Shown here in pieces: positions 36,531-50,479 of a stretch of DNA of 64,000 bases. The position numbers were made by a program, and so were the translations under genes. Under the pieces are notes generated by a model that did no database searches, was not told the DNA's origin, and saw only the letters and a list, made by a program, of their open reading frames with translations. This stretch comes from Dudresnaya verticillata. Lineage: Eukaryota. The stretch's first letter is position 1. Every line of letters begins with the position of its first letter. The DNA lies in assembly GCA_977862235.1 (NCBI GenBank), contig OZ374559.1, forward strand, positions 2,046,001-2,110,000. Reading direction: 5' to 3'.

Positions 36531-39500
36531 ATCATCCCAATCTAGTGACGACCTGCTCTGTCGACCCTGAAGTTTGGATATCGATGATCCAGCTACGACT
36601 TGGACTTCCCATCTTCAGTGGAGATGACCCATGCCCCCGTTGTGTTGATGGTACATGCTGAAGACCGTACATATTAAAACCACAGTCATGACCGTCCTAG
36701 TATAGATCTTTAATTGAATGACCCTGCGGTGACACCATCTCGTAAGCATTGAAAGTCTCTGTGGTCAGCCCGCACAGTCCTTCTACCATTTCAAGTATGC
36801 GCCGCTCTCAACATCACGCTATTCATCACTGCGAGCAATCGAAAATCCTCCATTATCGTCGATTGTGTTCAAACAACCGGACCTCCTACCGATGGCGACG
36901 TACATTTATGTGCAAGCATCCCTTTATTCTCAAAGTGGAGAGTAAGCCCCTTAAAGGGAATTAATATGCACTGTTGCTAACAGTATGCGTGAGGGGTGAC
37001 GACCGAGACATCAAATGCTTGGAGGGTGGGGGGCGAAGCTACTGTCATCTATGAAAATGTCCATAGAAGCTGATCACGGCGAAGCTCAGGTGAGTCGTTG
37101 GTGCATTTATGTGAGCCATTAGTTGTGTGAGCCATTGGCTCCAGAATCGCTCGTGGCGTTCAGGCTCAGCGGTTCAGCGAGCTCCGATTTTCTTGGAAAC
37201 TCTAAAGATACTTGGTCGACGACTGAGAAGCTCTCTCGTCTCTCGCTGAACTCCCACACGTCTGCCGTGCTTCAATTCACCGCAGTGGCTTTTAGTCACC
37301 GCAAGTTTGCGGGCAAACCCTCTAACCGTCGCTTCTCATGTTCGAAAACACGACTCCACACGTATAATTAACACTTTGTGCGTGACAATTGAGTTGCAAA
37401 GTTGCTCGACCACGATTACAAACCATTTCGTACTTCTTCCTTTCTTCCGGCAACGTTGACCTTCCGTGCTTCTTCGAGCGAGTTCTCCTTAATACTACAT
37501 TACGCACCAGCTCACAGATTAGTTTACCACGACTTTTTCGAAACGAGAGTAGTATCACTCTGTGACTCCTCAAGAAGCACTGCTACCAAGCAAGCATCCC
37601 TTTAATCGCAACATTCAGAGAACCAATGTCGGCTTCTGAGCGCCACTCGTTCAACTATATTCCAATGACTCCACATTCATTCAGACTCATTCTTTCCTGC
37701 GGCGGATGCACAACGACCACACATCTTAGATAGTCTGATCGGTGTTGACAGCAGCTGTCTTACCGCGCCGCTACTTCGCTGCCCTCGTTGCCTTCCCACA
37801 ACCAACAACGTCTTCCGTCACATGCCTTTCGCAATATGCTCAGCTTACTCACTTATTGAACAATTGTACAATCCACTGGCGTTGACGCCTCCGAATAGGC
37901 AACGTTTCAGTGCGTTTAACAGTAGTTTGCGTTTAACAACTTGACCCGTTGGGATGAAGACAACCACTACTGCAGAAGTCGAGAGACCGGGAGCCCCAAC
38001 AAAACTTTCTACTTCCAACGATGTTTACATGTTGCCGCCTCGCCCCACTTAACAATGAGATTGAACCTTAACTTTTCCTGCACTGTCTCCCATGCTCACA
38101 AGAGTCGCTGCGGAGATGGAATTGTTTTACAATGCCATGGAAGGGTAGTTGCTTCTTTCGGTGTCCAGCTTTGTTGTATTGTCTTCGTATGGTGTCAGCC
38201 CTCCTCCTGCTCTTGTGCCACAACAGTTCTTTTGCTGCCACTCATTTGAGTTTGGGTACAAATTTGCGTGGTCGGAATGGCATCTTTCTCAACTCTCAGA
38301 AGAGCTCTCTGCCCTATGCTCCGTATTGCGCAGATCGCATCTGCGGCAAAAGGGCGGGTTCAGGAATTACCACACCACCACTCGACTATACGTGGCCGCG
38401 TTGCAGAAATCAAGTTCCGCACCATAGGCTCAGGTCCACCGGACAATATGGATGGTGGTTATGATCATAGCGGTAGGCAGGTGAACGCCAAGCGGTAGAA
38501 TAATGAGGGGTCCCGTGACCGCCCTTACTTGACCAAATGCAGTCTAAAGCTCAGTAGTAACCGTCACCCCCCTCTACGCAGCTGAGTATCGGGGAAGCAA
38601 CCCAGCAGATGCAACTCTTGCGCTGGCTATGACTGGCAGCACGGTTTATTTCAGACTTGCCTCGCTATCATTCGTTAGCAATTAATCGTCGTCCAGTTGC
38701 AATCTCTGTTGTCCCTCTAGACTCTGGAGCGTCCTAGCGCCGCTATCTCTCTTCTGAATAATCTTCCCCCTTCTCTCTTTCTCTCAGAACAGTGAACTCG
38801 AGATCGTTACAAAACTCGAACAGACTCTGGCAGACTTCGTAGATACGTACCTGCCGTGTATCTAAAACGTTTGTTTATGCCGCAGCTTCGCTTGCTCCAT
38901 GCCCACCTCTTAACCTCACATCCGCCATATGCTGCGAAGCAGTAGCAATATAGCCCCTTCCAGAAGCTATTCTTCATCATATGTCATGGTCTTCCTTTTT
39001 ATCCCACTTCTTCGTAGGATCCTTCATCCCTTTTCTCTCTGAACACTCTCACCAGATATCAAAGCCCGTTACAGCCAAGTTGTACATATTTGAATGTTTT
39101 CTTACTATGGTCCTAAGCGGACGAACTGGGCATATCTTCTTCTGCACCCACACTCCGGTTACAGTTGTCGCAAGTTGTGTAGAAGAGTTTTGAAACCTCT
39201 GGGAGCCCTGTCCAGGATACTCGCACAGAGCTGCCCCCGTCACGCATAGTGCAGCACAGCCGAAAAAACTTTATCGAACTGTAGCGTGTGGCTGTGAAAG
39301 ACCCGATGTCCTATTTTGAGACGCGTTTTGCTGCATTCGCGCCCTCTCATGCATTTCTGTGGCTGTGCAGAAGCGTAGAGCGAGAGAGGAGTAACGCTGG
39401 AATAGTCCACACGAGGGAAGTGTAGTGAATACTGCGATCCTTCCTTCGTTTAATCGCTGAGCGTTGCACCTCAAGACTTTCAAAATGGAACAAAGGCCCG

Positions 39501-40549
39501 TGGTCTGCACGTGTCAATGGATAGGCTATAGTAGCGTATCCCTCCATATTGGGATAGCCGTGGTACTTTATCGCGAGGTATTGGAGCGAGCACGGGTCCG
39601 CGTTCAAACGAAGCCTCAATACAAAGACGTTGAATGAAAGTCAAGTCGGGCCCTCCCATTGCAAAGTGCTTTCCGGGTTCATTCCACAGTTGCAGCTGTG
39701 AGACCAACAAATGGCAACGCAAGTAAGCGCGTTGCAATGAGCCACAAGTTGATTGGGAAGATTGAGACTCCGTGAGATTCTCGAGGTTTTCCATTACGGG
39801 ATTCACAGCTGTGAGACAGCAGTACATAATACAAACTCCTGTTGTTACATTCTTTGAGCTAGAATCGTTTCCTATTCCGTGACTCTAGTGCTGCGTGTGA
39901 TACACTGCAGTATGGTTTCTTAAACAGCGAGTCGCGGCAATGCCCGCGCTCATGAGTAAACGTTTCTCATGACAATGCTCACGAGTTTTCGCGTTGCCAG
40001 ACACGAGTCTTGGATGTTTTGCATGCTGCAATGCATGGAGTCCTACACCCTTTGCATGTTGCCTCTCGAGGGCATGCGCACACTCTGTGGCCACACTTCT
40101 CTCTCATGCTCTCTGTAGATGGTCGAAAATCCCAAACCGCATAAACACGAAACGAATCGTCTGGCCACGCGCAATGGTAAGTGGTACATCTTACGGTAAG
40201 AAGATGTGATGTGCGGTCGGAAATGGAACGATTTAGGTAGTACCTTGGGATACTTTCCCCTGCCACCCAGTCGAAGCACTGCCGAAAGGGCAGCTCTGCG
40301 CGCAGAGTGTACGGTAGAAGCCAGAGGATATGGATGGCAACCACACAAGAAGCTCAGAAGGTTGGTTCTGAAGAACCTGTGTAATAATTGATGGTGATGG
40401 TGATCCAAGCGTTCAAAAAAGAAACAATGCTCTGGGTTTTGTCATACAAGCTGTTTGCACGCTTCCAAAATGCTCTATTCTCTTGGTGATACGTTGAAAG
40501 TCCCCTGCTGCATCTTCTTGCCTTGTTGAGAACTTTTAGCCAAAGGGTT

Positions 40550-40559
40550 GGTATTTAAA
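40550..40559 (+). promoter_or_regulatory. Candidate TATA-like element (GTATTTAAA) about 110 bp upstream of gene C; AATAAA at 41209-41214 downstream
   Basis: Motif and position only. Confidence 0.35.
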
Positions 40560-40661
40560 CGCCGTACTCACAACAGATTTAAGAAACGAAACGATGGCAC
40601 AATCCAACCCAAGAGCAGACCTGAAACAACGGATCACAACCTCGACCAGCAACACTTCATC

Positions 40662-41006
40662 ATGATCGGGAGGGCCATTTCTCTCTTCGTGCTTCTTCTT
40701 CTGGTGAACTTCGCTGCCGCCAATATATGCACAGTTTCACGACTTCGTGGACTCTGCGTCCCAATTGCAACCTGCCGATCGCAAAGACGCGTGCCACGTT
40801 TTAGTAGGAGTTGTGCAAGGGGATTGGGATGCTGTATAGGGTATCGTTTGAGAAAATGTACGGTGATAGTTCGCCGATCAACAGGCGCAAGGCTTGCAGT
40901 AGGTGTTTGCTTACCAAGCTTTGCCTGCAAAAGAGGATTTCAAACTTTACCGACCAGGAGCTGCGGTGGAAGCAGCCTCATCAAGTGTTGTTTCAATCCT
41001 CGCTAG
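40662..41006 (+). CDS. Secreted cationic double-domain defensin-like peptide C (114 aa), copy 1
   Basis: ATG at 40662 opens the signal peptide MIGRAISLFVLLLLVNFAAA. The 94-aa mature region has two six-Cys units: C-x8-C-x5-C-x12-C-x5-CC and C-x16-C-x5-C-x11-C-x7-CC, each with GxC at the second Cys. It contains 16 Arg, 3 Lys and no Asp/Glu. Confidence 0.88.
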   Translation: MIGRAISLFVLLLLVNFAAANICTVSRLRGLCVPIATCRSQRRVPRFSRSCARGLGCCIGYRLRKCTVIVRRSTGARLAVGVCLPSFACKRGFQTLPTRSCGGSSLIKCCFNPR

Positions 41007-44000
41007 TAGAGACCAAGAACATAGTTGCAAAGCCCACAAGGATCAGTTCAGTGTTTTCGTGAAGAAAGCGCTCGACATTGGTCTGTCATCATGAGCACAA
41101 ACATACGGCTACAGCAGCAGAAGAATGTATTTTGTTTGCTGCAGTTTAGCAACAGCCGCTACATTTATGGGAACAAGTGTTGCTGGTCGCTTAGAACTCT
41201 TGTTCTTTAATAAAGGTCTCTCTCTCTCTCTTAGAACGAATGGATTAAATGTGGAATTGTCTGTATGTACATCTCGCGCCACAATATGTCAGTGTAGTCA
41301 GTGCAGCATTTCTCGCCACGATATCCTTCGCAATCAGCTTGTGACCTTTCTCCGCAGCATTGCTCTCCACCGTGGTATTAGTACTCAGCAGAAGCGCAAC
41401 TTGTCCTACTTCGAGGAGGCCTTGGATCCCCACATCGTTGCCCACGTAAGATCACCTTAAAGAAAAAGTAAACGTTTACCATCACGTCGTGGCCGTTGTC
41501 CTTTTGTGGATTCCTCTGCACTCAACGCGTCTGAACGGTGCCGCGATGCCTGTCAGTTGCAGCATGCTGAAGACCGTACATATTAAAACCACAGTCATGA
41601 CCGTCCTAGTATAGATCTTTAATTGAATGACCCTGCGGTGACACCATCTCGTAAGCATTGAAAGTCTCTGTGGTCAGCCCGCACAGTCCTTCTACCATTT
41701 CAAGTATGCGCCGCTCTCAACATCACGCTATTCATCACTGCGAGCAATCGAAAATCCTCCATTATCGTCGATTGTGTTCAAACAACCGGACCTCCTACCG
41801 ATGGCGACGTACATTTATGTGCAAGCATCCCTTTATTCTCAAAGTGGAGAGTAAGCCCCTTAAAGGGAATTAATATGCACTGTTGCTAACAGTATGCGTG
41901 AGGGGTGACGACCGAGACATCAAATGCTTGGAGGGTGGGGGGCGAAGCTACTGTCATCTATGAAAATGTCCATAGAAGCTGATCACGGCGAAGCTCAGGT
42001 GAGTCGTTGGTGCATTTATGTGAGCCATTAGTTGTGTGAGCCATTGGCTCCAGAATCGCTCGTGGCGTTCAGGCTCAGCGGTTCAGCGAGCTCCGATTTT
42101 CTTGGAAACTCTAAAGATACTTGGTCGACGACTGAGAAGCTCTCTCGTCTCTCGCTGAACTCCCACACGTCTGCCGTGCTTCAATTCACCGCAGTGGCTT
42201 TTAGTCACCGCAAGTTTGCGGGCAAACCCTCTAACCGTCGCTTCTCATGTTCGAAAACACGACTCCACACGTATAATTAACACTTTGTGCGTGACAATTG
42301 AGTTGCAAAGTTGCTCGACCACGATTACAAACCATTTCGTACTTCTTCCTTTCTTCCGGCAACGTTGACCTTCCGTGCTTCTTCGAGCGAGTTCTCCTTA
42401 ATACTACATTACGCACCAGCTCACAGATTAGTTTACCACGACTTTTTCGAAACGAGAGTAGTATCACTCTGTGACTCCTCAAGAAGCACTGCTACCAAGC
42501 AAGCATCCCTTTAATCGCAACATTCAGAGAACCAATGTCGGCTTCTGAGCGCCACTCGTTCAACTATATTCCAATGACTCCACATTCATTCAGACTCATT
42601 CTTTCCTGCGGCGGATGCACAACGACCACACATCTTAGATAGTCTGATCGGTGTTGACAGCAGCTGTCTTACCGCGCCGCTACTTCGCTGCCCTCGTTGC
42701 CTTCCCACAACCAACAACGTCTTCCGTCACATGCCTTTCGCAATATGCTCAGCTTACTCACTTATTGAACAATTGTACAATCCACTGGCGTTGACGCCTC
42801 CGAATAGGCAACGTTTCAGTGCGTTTAACAGTAGTTTGCGTTTAACAACTTGACCCGTTGGGATGAAGACAACCACTACTGCAGAAGTCGAGAGACCGGG
42901 AGCCCCAACAAAACTTTCTACTTCCAACGATGTTTACATGTTGCCGCCTCGCCCCACTTAACAATGAGATTGAACCTTAACTTTTCCTGCACTGTCTCCC
43001 ATGCTCACAAGAGTCGCTGCGGAGATGGAATTGTTTTACAATGCCATGGAAGGGTAGTTGCTTCTTTCGGTGTCCAGCTTTGTTGTATTGTCTTCGTATG
43101 GTGTCAGCCCTCCTCCTGCTCTTGTGCCACAACAGTTCTTTTGCTGCCACTCATTTGAGTTTGGGTACAAATTTGCGTGGTCGGAATGGCATCTTTCTCA
43201 ACTCTCAGAAGAGCTCTCTGCCCTATGCTCCGTATTGCGCAGATCGCATCTGCGGCAAAAGGGCGGGTTCAGGAATTACCACACCACCACTCGACTATAC
43301 GTGGCCGCGTTGCAGAAATCAAGTTCCGCACCATAGGCTCAGGTCCACCGGACAATATGGATGGTGGTTATGATCATAGCGGTAGGCAGGTGAACGCCAA
43401 GCGGTAGAATAATGAGGGGTCCCGTGACCGCCCTTACTTGACCAAATGCAGTCTAAAGCTCAGTAGTAACCGTCACCCCCCTCTACGCAGCTGAGTATCG
43501 GGGAAGCAACCCAGCAGATGCAACTCTTGCGCTGGCTATGACTGGCAGCACGGTTTATTTCAGACTTGCCTCGCTATCATTCGTTAGCAATTAATCGTCG
43601 TCCAGTTGCAATCTCTGTTGTCCCTCTAGACTCTGGAGCGTCCTAGCGCCGCTATCTCTCTTCTGAATAATCTTCCCCCTTCTCTCTTTCTCTCAGAACA
43701 GTGAACTCGAGATCGTTACAAAACTCGAACAGACTCTGGCAGACTTCGTAGATACGTACCTGCCGTGTATCTAAAACGTTTGTTTATGCCGCAGCTTCGC
43801 TTGCTCCATGCCCACCTCTTAACCTCACATCCGCCATATGCTGCGAAGCAGTAGCAATATAGCCCCTTCCAGAAGCTATTCTTCATCATATGTCATGGTC
43901 TTCCTTTTTATCCCACTTCTTCGTAGGATCCTTCATCCCTTTTCTCTCTGAACACTCTCACCAGATATCAAAGCCCGTTACAGCCAAGTTGTACATATTT

Positions 44001-45570
44001 GAATGTTTTCTTACTATGGTCCTAAGCGGACGAACTGGGCATATCTTCTTCTGCACCCACACTCCGGTTACAGTTGTCGCAAGTTGTGTAGAAGAGTTTT
44101 GAAACCTCTGGGAGCCCTGTCCAGGATACTCGCACAGAGCTGCCCCCGTCACGCATAGTGCAGCACAGCCGAAAAAACTTTATCGAACTGTAGCGTGTGG
44201 CTGTGAAAGACCCGATGTCCTATTTTGAGACGCGTTTTGCTGCATTCGCGCCCTCTCATGCATTTCTGTGGCTGTGCAGAAGCGTAGAGCGAGAGAGGAG
44301 TAACGCTGGAATAGTCCACACGAGGGAAGTGTAGTGAATACTGCGATCCTTCCTTCGTTTAATCGCTGAGCGTTGCACCTCAAGACTTTCAAAATGGAAC
44401 AAAGGCCCGTGGTCTGCACGTGTCAATGGATAGGCTATAGTAGCGTATCCCTCCATATTGGGATAGCCGTGGTACTTTATCGCGAGGTATTGGAGCGAGC
44501 ACGGGTCCGCGTTCAAACGAAGCCTCAATACAAAGACGTTGAATGAAAGTCAAGTCGGGCCCTCCCATTGCAAAGTGCTTTCCGGGTTCATTCCACAGTT
44601 GCAGCTGTGAGACCAACAAATGGCAACGCAAGTAAGCGCGTTGCAATGAGCCACAAGTTGATTGGGAAGATTGAGACTCCGTGAGATTCTCGAGGTTTTC
44701 CATTACGGGATTCACAGCTGTGAGACAGCAGTACATAATACAAACTCCTGTTGTTACATTCTTTGAGCTAGAATCGTTTCCTATTCCGTGACTCTAGTGC
44801 TGCGTGTGATACACTGCAGTATGGTTTCTTAAACAGCGAGTCGCGGCAATGCCCGCGCTCATGAGTAAACGTTTCTCATGACAATGCTCACGAGTTTTCG
44901 CGTTGCCAGACACGAGTCTTGGATGTTTTGCATGCTGCAATGCATGGAGTCCTACACCCTTTGCATGTTGCCTCTCGAGGGCATGCGCACACTCTGTGGC
45001 CACACTTCTCTCTCATGCTCTCTGTAGATGGTCGAAAATCCCAAACCGCATAAACACGAAACGAATCGTCTGGCCACGCGCAATGGTAAGTGGTACATCT
45101 TACGGTAAGAAGATGTGATGTGCGGTCGGAAATGGAACGATTTAGGTAGTACCTTGGGATACTTTCCCCTGCCACCCAGTCGAAGCACTGCCGAAAGGGC
45201 AGCTCTGCGCGCAGAGTGTACGGTAGAAGCCAGAGGATATGGATGGCAACCACACAAGAAGCTCAGAAGGTTGGTTCTGAAGAACCTGTGTAATAATTGA
45301 TGGTGATGGTGATCCAAGCGTTCAAAAAAGAAACAATGCTCTGGGTTTTGTCATACAAGCTGTTTGCACGCTTCCAAAATGCTCTATTCTCTTGGTGATA
45401 CGTTGAAAGTCCCCTGCTGCATCTTCTTGCCTTGTTGAGAACTTTTAGCCAAAGGGTTGGTATTTAAACGCCGTACTCACAACAGATTTAAGAAACGAAA
45501 CGATGGCACAATCCAACCCAAGAGCAGACCTGAAACAACGGATCACAACCTCGACCAGCAACACTTCATC

Positions 45571-45915
45571 ATGATCGGGAGGGCCATTTCTCTCTTCGTG
45601 CTTCTTCTTCTGGTGAACTTCGCTGCCGCCAATATATGCACAGTTTCACGACTTCGTGGACTCTGCGTCCCAATTGCAACCTGCCGATCGCAAAGACGCG
45701 TGCCACGTTTTAGTAGGAGTTGTGCAAGGGGATTGGGATGCTGTATAGGGTATCGTTTGAGAAAATGTACGGTGATAGTTCGCCGATCAACAGGCGCAAG
45801 GCTTGCAGTAGGTGTTTGCTTACCAAGCTTTGCCTGCAAAAGAGGATTTCAAACTTTACCGACCAGGAGCTGCGGTGGAAGCAGCCTCATCAAGTGTTGT
45901 TTCAATCCTCGCTAG
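45571..45915 (+). CDS. Double-domain defensin-like peptide C, copy 2
   Basis: Identical translation. Confidence 0.88.
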   Translation: MIGRAISLFVLLLLVNFAAANICTVSRLRGLCVPIATCRSQRRVPRFSRSCARGLGCCIGYRLRKCTVIVRRSTGARLAVGVCLPSFACKRGFQTLPTRSCGGSSLIKCCFNPR

Positions 45916-48900
45916 TAGAGACCAAGAACATAGTTGCAAAGCCCACAAGGATCAGTTCAGTGTTTTCGTGAAGAAAGCGCTCGACATTGGTCTGTCATCA
46001 TGAGCACAAACATACGGCTACAGCAGCAGAAGAATGTATTTTGTTTGCTGCAGTTTAGCAACAGCCGCTACATTTATGGGAACAAGTGTTGCTGGTCGCT
46101 TAGAACTCTTGTTCTTTAATAAAGGTCTCTCTCTCTCTCTTAGAACGAATGGATTAAATGTGGAATTGTCTGTATGTACATCTCGCGCCACAATATGTCA
46201 GTGTAGTCAGTGCAGCATTTCTCGCCACGATATCCTTCGCAATCAGCTTGTGACCTTTCTCCGCAGCATTGCTCTCCACCGTGGTATTAGTACTCAGCAG
46301 AAGCGCAACTTGTCCTACTTCGAGGAGGCCTTGGATCCCCACATCGTTGCCCACGTAAGATCACCTTAAAGAAAAAGTAAACGTTTACCATCACGTCGTG
46401 GCCGTTGTCCTTTTGTGGATTCCTCTGCACTCAACGCGTCTGAACGGTGCCGCGATGCCTGTCAGTTGCAGCATGCTGAAGACCGTACATATTAAAACCA
46501 CAGTCATGACCGTCCTAGTATAGATCTTTAATTGAATGACCCTGCGGTGACACCATCTCGTAAGCATTGAAAGTCTCTGTGGTCAGCCCGCACAGTCCTT
46601 CTACCATTTCAAGTATGCGCCGCTCTCAACATCACGCTATTCATCACTGCGAGCAATCGAAAATCCTCCATTATCGTCGATTGTGTTCAAACAACCGGAC
46701 CTCCTACCGATGGCGACGTACATTTATGTGCAAGCATCCCTTTATTCTCAAAGTGGAGAGTAAGCCCCTTAAAGGGAATTAATATGCACTGTTGCTAACA
46801 GTATGCGTGAGGGGTGACGACCGAGACATCAAATGCTTGGAGGGTGGGGGGCGAAGCTACTGTCATCTATGAAAATGTCCATAGAAGCTGATCACGGCGA
46901 AGCTCAGGTGAGTCGTTGGTGCATTTATGTGAGCCATTAGTTGTGTGAGCCATTGGCTCCAGAATCGCTCGTGGCGTTCAGGCTCAGCGGTTCAGCGAGC
47001 TCCGATTTTCTTGGAAACTCTAAAGATACTTGGTCGACGACTGAGAAGCTCTCTCGTCTCTCGCTGAACTCCCACACGTCTGCCGTGCTTCAATTCACCG
47101 CAGTGGCTTTTAGTCACCGCAAGTTTGCGGGCAAACCCTCTAACCGTCGCTTCTCATGTTCGAAAACACGACTCCACACGTATAATTAACACTTTGTGCG
47201 TGACAATTGAGTTGCAAAGTTGCTCGACCACGATTACAAACCATTTCGTACTTCTTCCTTTCTTCCGGCAACGTTGACCTTCCGTGCTTCTTCGAGCGAG
47301 TTCTCCTTAATACTACATTACGCACCAGCTCACAGATTAGTTTACCACGACTTTTTCGAAACGAGAGTAGTATCACTCTGTGACTCCTCAAGAAGCACTG
47401 CTACCAAGCAAGCATCCCTTTAATCGCAACATTCAGAGAACCAATGTCGGCTTCTGAGCGCCACTCGTTCAACTATATTCCAATGACTCCACATTCATTC
47501 AGACTCATTCTTTCCTGCGGCGGATGCACAACGACCACACATCTTAGATAGTCTGATCGGTGTTGACAGCAGCTGTCTTACCGCGCCGCTACTTCGCTGC
47601 CCTCGTTGCCTTCCCACAACCAACAACGTCTTCCGTCACATGCCTTTCGCAATATGCTCAGCTTACTCACTTATTGAACAATTGTACAATCCACTGGCGT
47701 TGACGCCTCCGAATAGGCAACGTTTCAGTGCGTTTAACAGTAGTTTGCGTTTAACAACTTGACCCGTTGGGATGAAGACAACCACTACTGCAGAAGTCGA
47801 GAGACCGGGAGCCCCAACAAAACTTTCTACTTCCAACGATGTTTACATGTTGCCGCCTCGCCCCACTTAACAATGAGATTGAACCTTAACTTTTCCTGCA
47901 CTGTCTCCCATGCTCACAAGAGTCGCTGCGGAGATGGAATTGTTTTACAATGCCATGGAAGGGTAGTTGCTTCTTTCGGTGTCCAGCTTTGTTGTATTGT
48001 CTTCGTATGGTGTCAGCCCTCCTCCTGCTCTTGTGCCACAACAGTTCTTTTGCTGCCACTCATTTGAGTTTGGGTACAAATTTGCGTGGTCGGAATGGCA
48101 TCTTTCTCAACTCTCAGAAGAGCTCTCTGCCCTATGCTCCGTATTGCGCAGATCGCATCTGCGGCAAAAGGGCGGGTTCAGGAATTACCACACCACCACT
48201 CGACTATACGTGGCCGCGTTGCAGAAATCAAGTTCCGCACCATAGGCTCAGGTCCACCGGACAATATGGATGGTGGTTATGATCATAGCGGTAGGCAGGT
48301 GAACGCCAAGCGGTAGAATAATGAGGGGTCCCGTGACCGCCCTTACTTGACCAAATGCAGTCTAAAGCTCAGTAGTAACCGTCACCCCCCTCTACGCAGC
48401 TGAGTATCGGGGAAGCAACCCAGCAGATGCAACTCTTGCGCTGGCTATGACTGGCAGCACGGTTTATTTCAGACTTGCCTCGCTATCATTCGTTAGCAAT
48501 TAATCGTCGTCCAGTTGCAATCTCTGTTGTCCCTCTAGACTCTGGAGCGTCCTAGCGCCGCTATCTCTCTTCTGAATAATCTTCCCCCTTCTCTCTTTCT
48601 CTCAGAACAGTGAACTCGAGATCGTTACAAAACTCGAACAGACTCTGGCAGACTTCGTAGATACGTACCTGCCGTGTATCTAAAACGTTTGTTTATGCCG
48701 CAGCTTCGCTTGCTCCATGCCCACCTCTTAACCTCACATCCGCCATATGCTGCGAAGCAGTAGCAATATAGCCCCTTCCAGAAGCTATTCTTCATCATAT
48801 GTCATGGTCTTCCTTTTTATCCCACTTCTTCGTAGGATCCTTCATCCCTTTTCTCTCTGAACACTCTCACCAGATATCAAAGCCCGTTACAGCCAAGTTG

Positions 48901-50479
48901 TACATATTTGAATGTTTTCTTACTATGGTCCTAAGCGGACGAACTGGGCATATCTTCTTCTGCACCCACACTCCGGTTACAGTTGTCGCAAGTTGTGTAG
49001 AAGAGTTTTGAAACCTCTGGGAGCCCTGTCCAGGATACTCGCACAGAGCTGCCCCCGTCACGCATAGTGCAGCACAGCCGAAAAAACTTTATCGAACTGT
49101 AGCGTGTGGCTGTGAAAGACCCGATGTCCTATTTTGAGACGCGTTTTGCTGCATTCGCGCCCTCTCATGCATTTCTGTGGCTGTGCAGAAGCGTAGAGCG
49201 AGAGAGGAGTAACGCTGGAATAGTCCACACGAGGGAAGTGTAGTGAATACTGCGATCCTTCCTTCGTTTAATCGCTGAGCGTTGCACCTCAAGACTTTCA
49301 AAATGGAACAAAGGCCCGTGGTCTGCACGTGTCAATGGATAGGCTATAGTAGCGTATCCCTCCATATTGGGATAGCCGTGGTACTTTATCGCGAGGTATT
49401 GGAGCGAGCACGGGTCCGCGTTCAAACGAAGCCTCAATACAAAGACGTTGAATGAAAGTCAAGTCGGGCCCTCCCATTGCAAAGTGCTTTCCGGGTTCAT
49501 TCCACAGTTGCAGCTGTGAGACCAACAAATGGCAACGCAAGTAAGCGCGTTGCAATGAGCCACAAGTTGATTGGGAAGATTGAGACTCCGTGAGATTCTC
49601 GAGGTTTTCCATTACGGGATTCACAGCTGTGAGACAGCAGTACATAATACAAACTCCTGTTGTTACATTCTTTGAGCTAGAATCGTTTCCTATTCCGTGA
49701 CTCTAGTGCTGCGTGTGATACACTGCAGTATGGTTTCTTAAACAGCGAGTCGCGGCAATGCCCGCGCTCATGAGTAAACGTTTCTCATGACAATGCTCAC
49801 GAGTTTTCGCGTTGCCAGACACGAGTCTTGGATGTTTTGCATGCTGCAATGCATGGAGTCCTACACCCTTTGCATGTTGCCTCTCGAGGGCATGCGCACA
49901 CTCTGTGGCCACACTTCTCTCTCATGCTCTCTGTAGATGGTCGAAAATCCCAAACCGCATAAACACGAAACGAATCGTCTGGCCACGCGCAATGGTAAGT
50001 GGTACATCTTACGGTAAGAAGATGTGATGTGCGGTCGGAAATGGAACGATTTAGGTAGTACCTTGGGATACTTTCCCCTGCCACCCAGTCGAAGCACTGC
50101 CGAAAGGGCAGCTCTGCGCGCAGAGTGTACGGTAGAAGCCAGAGGATATGGATGGCAACCACACAAGAAGCTCAGAAGGTTGGTTCTGAAGAACCTGTGT
50201 AATAATTGATGGTGATGGTGATCCAAGCGTTCAAAAAAGAAACAATGCTCTGGGTTTTGTCATACAAGCTGTTTGCACGCTTCCAAAATGCTCTATTCTC
50301 TTGGTGATACGTTGAAAGTCCCCTGCTGCATCTTCTTGCCTTGTTGAGAACTTTTAGCCAAAGGGTTGGTATTTAAACGCCGTACTCACAACAGATTTAA
50401 GAAACGAAACGATGGCACAATCCAACCCAAGAGCAGACCTGAAACAACGGATCACAACCTCGACCAGCAACACTTCATC

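Noticed and set aside
36749..40408. Many short ORFs in the array-2 unit, and likewise at 37-3139 and 6163-6913 in array 1
   Set aside because: They have mostly non-ATG starts and no motifs. Parts look like decayed coding or transposon sequence, but I cannot assign a family without a search.
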